Shown here piece by piece: positions 59,040 to 64,000 of a stretch of DNA of 64,000 nt. Source of the DNA: Heteronotia binoei (lineage: Eukaryota); NCBI RefSeq assembly GCF_032191835.1, contig NC_083235.1, forward strand, positions 45,880,001 to 45,944,000, written 5' to 3'. The notes below the pieces were generated by a model. The model saw only the letters and a program-made list of their open reading frames with translations. It was not told the DNA's origin and searched no databases. How positions within the stretch are numbered: position 1 is the first letter of the stretch; each line of letters starts with the position of its first letter. The position numbers were made by a program, and so were the translations under genes.

Positions 59040-60065
59040 TGTTTGTAAGTGCTGGTTAGCAGATTGTTGCGCCCCTGCTGCCCCCCCCAGGGGTCTCCTT
59101 GTGGTCAGCCCTCCCGGCGGCTCTGTGTAGCCAGCTGTGGAGGTCTCAGAATTGGGTAGGGGCAGGGTTATGTCACCCGGGGGGTCCAAGTAGAGATCCC
59201 ACGCCGTGGGATGGGCATAGGCTGTTTTTTTCAGCATGCGCTTAAGTGTTTGATTCATCCGCTCCACCAACCCATCGTTCGGGGGGGGGGGGTGTGGACG
59301 AATATGAACAATTGCTGAATATGCAAAGTCCGGCATACCTGTCTCATGAGGTTGGCAGTAAAGGGGGTCCCCCTATCTGTGAGGATCTCGTGAGGTAGCC
59401 CCACATGGGCAAAGTAGTGCAATAGGGCTCGGGCCACTCCGGCACTTTTCATGCTCGGCAAGGGTATGGCTTCCGGGTATCGGGTGGCATAGTCCATAAG
59501 CACCAATATGTAGCGGGCCCCCTGTGGGGTGTGTGGCAGGGGTCTGACAAAGTCCATGGCCACCCTCTCAAAGGGGTCACCCACAATAGACAGAGGGGTC
59601 AGTGGCACCCGGAGGTTGGCCTGTGCCGTCATCTGCTGACAGACGTCGCAGGACCGGCAGTAGGCTTGAACCTCTCTGGCGACCAACGGCCAGAAGAAGT
59701 GGGCCAATACCCTGGCTAACGTGTTTTTACCCCCTGGTGGCCAGCCCACTGATGGTCGTGGCCCCACTGGAGGACTTCCGGTCTGTACCGGTGGGGAACG
59801 AACAATTACTTACAGGGCCCTAGCCTCCCCTTCACCTCGCGATACCATACCCCTTCGTCCCGGATGATCCTGGGCAGACGTTGTCCCTGGCAGGCGTCGA
59901 CCACTACGCCATTGCAAACTGCTTCCCGCCGTCTCGGGTCTTCCAGCTCCTCATCGGCCTCCTGCACCTTGACAAACTGCGGGTCCCTTGGCCAGGCTGC
60001 CTGTGGGGCATCCTCGGGGTTATCCTCGGTAGAGGGCCCTTCCCCGGGGTTGGTGGGAGTGCCAG
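59040..60065 (-). mobile_element. Gypsy (Gmr1-like) integrase fragment, no LTRs seen
   Basis: HHCC finger (...FFWP...YCRSCDVCQ) and DDE core (MDFV, TDRGTPF, GLVERMNQTLK); frameshift at the poly-G 59281-59292 and a deletion after YLDP. Confidence 0.9.
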
Positions 60066-61572
60066 GCATTTAATCTGTACCTGCTCAAATTTGGAGACAA
60101 AATGCAAAACCCTCTCATATCACACTGCATGGCATATGTATGTTTAAATACAGTGTTTTTAAATTCAAGATTAATGGAAAGCTTTTGCTGTAATAGACTG
60201 CCTCAATTATAGTACACACAATAATGAAGAATATATTGTGCCAAAAAAGGTATCCATTTTGCCACTATTTCCAGTAAAATCCCACTTCTGACATGATAAC
60301 AGCCCAGCTGCCCAAATAGGTCCCTCTTCATTCTGGTCTAATTTTTCTCCCCTGTATATGCTTTCAAAGTCTCCATCTGATTTTTGGTTGTTGTTTGGTT
60401 CTGCAAAAAATCATGGGGGCCACAAGTTTCTATTTTATACCCCACTTTCCTTCCCAATGGGAACTCAAAGTAGTTTGCTGTATTGTCCTCTTCTCTGTTT
60501 TATTCTCATAAAGTGGATTAAAGCAGGTAGGCTAGAGGGGATTTAGAGAAGGGAGAGACATCAGCAGGATATAATGCCATAGAGTCCACCCTCCAAAGCA
60601 GCCGTTTTCTTCAGGGGAACTGATCTTGGTCGTCTGGAGCTCAGTTGTAATAGTGGGAGATATCCAGGTGCCACTTGGAAGCTGGCGACCCTAGGTTAGA
60701 TGAAGAATGTGTAACTGGCCCAATATCACCCAGAAGAGTGGGGATTGGAAGCTTCTACAGCAGAGTGGGGATTGGAATCTGAGTCTCTGAAATCCAACAG
60801 GGAGTTGTTATAATGTGAAGGGGGGAAAGGAGAGGATTATCACAGAGGTTCTGAGAGAGAGGGAAGGTGGACCGCATACTGTGGGGAAGAGGGGAAAAAA
60901 AGTTAACAGAATATGTTAAAAAGACTGTGTCTGGGGCCAGAATATATTTAACATTCAGTCTCATGCACCTCCCTGCCATTTTGTTTTTCTTTGTAAAATG
61001 CAGCCACAGAGAATGCAAACCAAAGTGGAAACTGGAACTTGGTGGTTATCGTTCTTATTAACCATTTCTTCTTGGGCCATTTTTTTCTATTAAAAAATCC
61101 CCCAGTGCACTCTTTTGCCCTGCAAAGGAAAAAAATATGAGTGACTATATAATTTCCAGAACAATTATTTGTTTACTTATTTCACTTCATTATTGCCCCA
61201 CTTTTCTCCCCCGTAGGGACCCAGAGTGGTTTACGTCATTCTCCACTCTTCCATTTTATCCTCACAACAATCCTGTGAGATAGGGTGGGTAAGATATTTA
61301 TGGTGGGAAAGTGGTGCAAAGGTATACCACCTGTCATCTCTAAAGGCTGTTTCATAAAACAAACAAAAAATGTTACAAGTGTGTGTGACTGAGCATCGTG
61401 TGGTATTTGGCCTGTAGTTAAAATGATAACATTTCTACTTTTATATGGTTATCATAATGATGGAGCTCTCTTGGACTAGTGTAAGTGGCTCAGGGCTTCT
61501 AGAATTTTACAGGCTTAAACATAAGACTTTTTGTTTCATCAGGTTGATCCCTCAATTTGTGTACAAAACAGA

Positions 61573-61840
61573 AGCTAGTTTGGTGTAGTGGTTAAATGTG
61601 TGGACTCTTATCTGGGAGAACTGGGTTTGATTCTCCACTCCTCCACTTGCAGCTGCTGGAATGGCCTTGGGTCAGCCATAGTTCTTGCAGAGTTGGCCTT
61701 GAAAGGGGAGCTTCTGTGAGAGCTCTCTCAGCCCCACCCACCTCACAGGGTGTCTGTTATGGGGGAGGAAGGTAAAGGAGATTGTGAGCTGCTCTGAGAT
61801 TCAGAGTGGAGGGTGAGATATAAATCCAATATCTTCTTCT
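61573..61840 (+). mobile_element. tRNA-headed SINE with L2-like tail (Squam3-like)
   Basis: A-box tggtgtagtggtt, B-box-like ggtttgattct, tail atataaatcc...tcttcttct; paralogous to 14219-14464. Confidence 0.85.
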
Positions 61841-61903
61841 GTATGTGGTTTACTTGTATTTCTGTCCCCCACAGGCTCTTCTCTTTCATCTAGCCTGAGA
61901 TTT

Positions 61904-62000
61904 ATGAACTTGTACATGATGAATTGTGAACTTTTGGCCACATGCAGTGCTCTTGGCTACTTGGAGGGGGACACATATCACAAAGAGCCGGATTGCTTAG
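61904..62000 (+). CDS. TIMELESS: TIMELESS first coding exon (exon begins 61875)
   Basis: ccccacag|...ATG; [32 protein letters not shown] + G, donor |gtgaga; 97 coding nt; near-identical to the mammalian TIMELESS N-terminus. Confidence 0.97.
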
Positions 62001-62467
62001 GTGAGAGACCCAAGGTGTGGGAGGCATGAGGTTTGTATGACAGGACCAGCTAAGTCAATGAATGGCGGTGTTGTGTGAATGCAGCTTTAAGGAAATTGTT
62101 GAAATCAGGAGCTTTCTACTAGCTGTCCTCCCTTGTGTAGTAAACATACCAAAACACAGTCTCTCTTTTTGACATAGGAAACAATTACTGCCTTGCTGTC
62201 ACTCTTGTGTGACCAGGAAAGAGAACTGAGGTGGGGCTTTATATAAGTAAGCTTCTCAAAGACAGATTTAATCACCATGCTAATGGTGTCTCCAAGTGGC
62301 ATTCTTGTTTTTTCTTATAGGAATGAATGACAACCATTTGTTTAATGGCAGAAAGTAAAACACTGCTGTTGGGGGCAGCATTGTGAGAACTAGTCAGCCC
62401 CCCACAATGCCATGACTTTGCTTAAAAGGAGCAGGATGCAGTGTATGCTCACTACTTCCGTGCTGAT

Positions 62468-62760
62468 AGATCCAGACGGGCAGTCGAGATGGTCTGAAGC
62501 AATAGAACAAAGTTGGAGTCCAGTAGCACCATTAAGACCAACAAAATTTTATTGAGAATGTAAGCTTTCGTGTGCTAAATGCACACTTCATCGGACAATG
62601 AAATGTGGTACAGTTAGCAGTGCTACATATAGCTTGTGGGTAAACATGCAACATAGTATAAAGTTGGGCTCCAATGGCAAAACAGTGAAATGAACAAATT
62701 GAAAGAATAACTGGTTTGGTCTGGATAGTGTAAGTTGTCTGGGAAAGCAGCAAAAGGCAA
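62468..62760 (-). mobile_element. Penelope-like pLTR plus adjacent 3' sequence (TIMELESS intron, antisense)
   Basis: Minus strand: ccgatgaagtgtgcatttagcacacgaaagcttacattctcaataaaattttgttggtcttaatggtgctactggactcc. Confidence 0.8.
62557..62599 (-). ncRNA. Hammerhead ribozyme motif with perfect stem II but a U4C core mutation
   Basis: attgt-CCGATGA-a-GTGTGC attta GCACAC-GAA-AGCT-T-acatt. Confidence 0.55.
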
Positions 62761-63332
62761 TAAACATGTTGGAATTGGAGAATGATGGTGAGAATTCAGC
62801 ATTACAAGACAGTAAATGTGAAGTCTGTTGTTAATTGCTCCATTTTTTCCTGAAGCATGGGTTAAACTGAGAACATCTTTTTCTCAGAGGTGTTTCTGCC
62901 CATTGAATTTACTTTTTAACATATAGCATTATAAATATCATTCCAGTTTGCCAATACAAAAAAGAATGCTTTAGAATACAGTGGAAGATGGGTTTAGCAT
63001 ATGTAATGATATAAACAACCAATATCCCTATGCCAAAGGATAAATGGACACAAATCTGATATCAAGATGTTGCATCAAGAGGTTCCGAGGTCAATATCTT
63101 GGCATCTCCAGATAAAGGATTGCAGATGACAGGTTTTAGAAAACATCTTTCTCTTCCTGAGCTCTGGGGAGCCACTGCCAGTCAGAAAGGTGAATGGACC
63201 AGTTTTACTTGTTAGAGACCTTCATATATGTTAATAGGGTTTTTTTGTTAGATATTACATGATGCGAATTCTGTTCATCTTTGCTTCCAATTCTCCTCTC
63301 TTCTCCTTCCCATATGGCTTGTACACCTCCAG

Positions 63333-63486
63333 AGAGTGTGAAAGACTTGATCCGCTATTTGCGATATGAGGATGAGACTCGGGATATCCGGCAGCAACTG
63401 GGGGCAGCCCAGGTTCTCCAAAATGACCTGGTGCCAATCATTATTCAGTATCCTGAAGATAAACAACTCTTTGATACTGTTATCAG
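63333..63486 (+). CDS. TIMELESS: TIMELESS second coding exon
   Basis: ctccag|AG AGT GTG...ATC AG|gtaact; 154 nt, phase 1 in and phase 2 out; (E)[36 protein letters not shown]...LFDTVIR. The gene continues beyond the window. Confidence 0.97.
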
Positions 63487-64000
63487 GTAACTGATAGAGA
63501 AGTGGTATTTTTTTATACCACTTTTATCATCATTTTAGCATAATGCAGATATACTGTGTTGTCTAATTACATGCAATATTTCCAAATAGCTCTTTGATTG
63601 GAAAGCATGCCAACAACCTATTTCAATACAAAGCCTTAACTACGAAAAACATTGAAGGTAATGATATATGGACTTACGATACATAAATTTTGATATAATT
63701 TTCAGGTGGCAATTTTCTATATCCTCTTATCAGAGGACTCTGAAAAGAATAATATGTGGATGGCCTAAAAAACAATTGTACTTTTCATAACATGTTTTTT
63801 CCCTTAGTATTCTGCAATTTTTTAATTTAATTCTCCCAGCAACCATGGTTCTATGGTAAACCTCTGCTCCTACATATTGGGCAGTATAGAAAGCACCTAC
63901 AAATTAATTTGTAAACTGCACTTGTTACCAGATAAAGTGGTGGACATGAACCAAGTGAGGTCTTGTTGGAGAGTGTATGGATCAAAAGGTCATTACTATA

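Overview
This is vertebrate genomic DNA, squamate and probably gecko judging by its SINE/MITE repertoire. It carries three + strand genes in order. (1) A complete 5-coding-exon aquaporin, best identified as AQP14 (275 aa). Its true start appears to be a 15-nt micro-exon (MGIRE, 11863-11877) that the ORF track misses, and its selectivity filter lacks an aromatic residue (Ala/Ala/Gly/Arg). (2) A complete 4-exon lens MIP/AQP0 (263 aa) that lacks the mammalian His40 pH sensor (N40, with H43 instead). (3) The CpG-island promoter, probable non-coding exon 1 and first two coding exons of TIMELESS, which runs off the right edge. A second CpG island at about 300-700 probably drives an unidentified minus-strand gene leaving the left edge. 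Introns and intergenic DNA are TE-rich. They hold a TSD-bounded CR1 with an RTE LINE nested in its 3' UTR microsatellite, other CR1/L1/L2 pieces, a Gypsy integrase fragment, 5S- and tRNA-headed SINEs, and several hAT-type MITEs with 8-bp TSDs. There are also at least eight Penelope-like pLTR remnants, several carrying minimal type-I hammerhead ribozyme motifs, clustered around the TIMELESS promoter. All calls were made by eye. No database searches were run, and TE boundaries are approximate unless a TSD is quoted.
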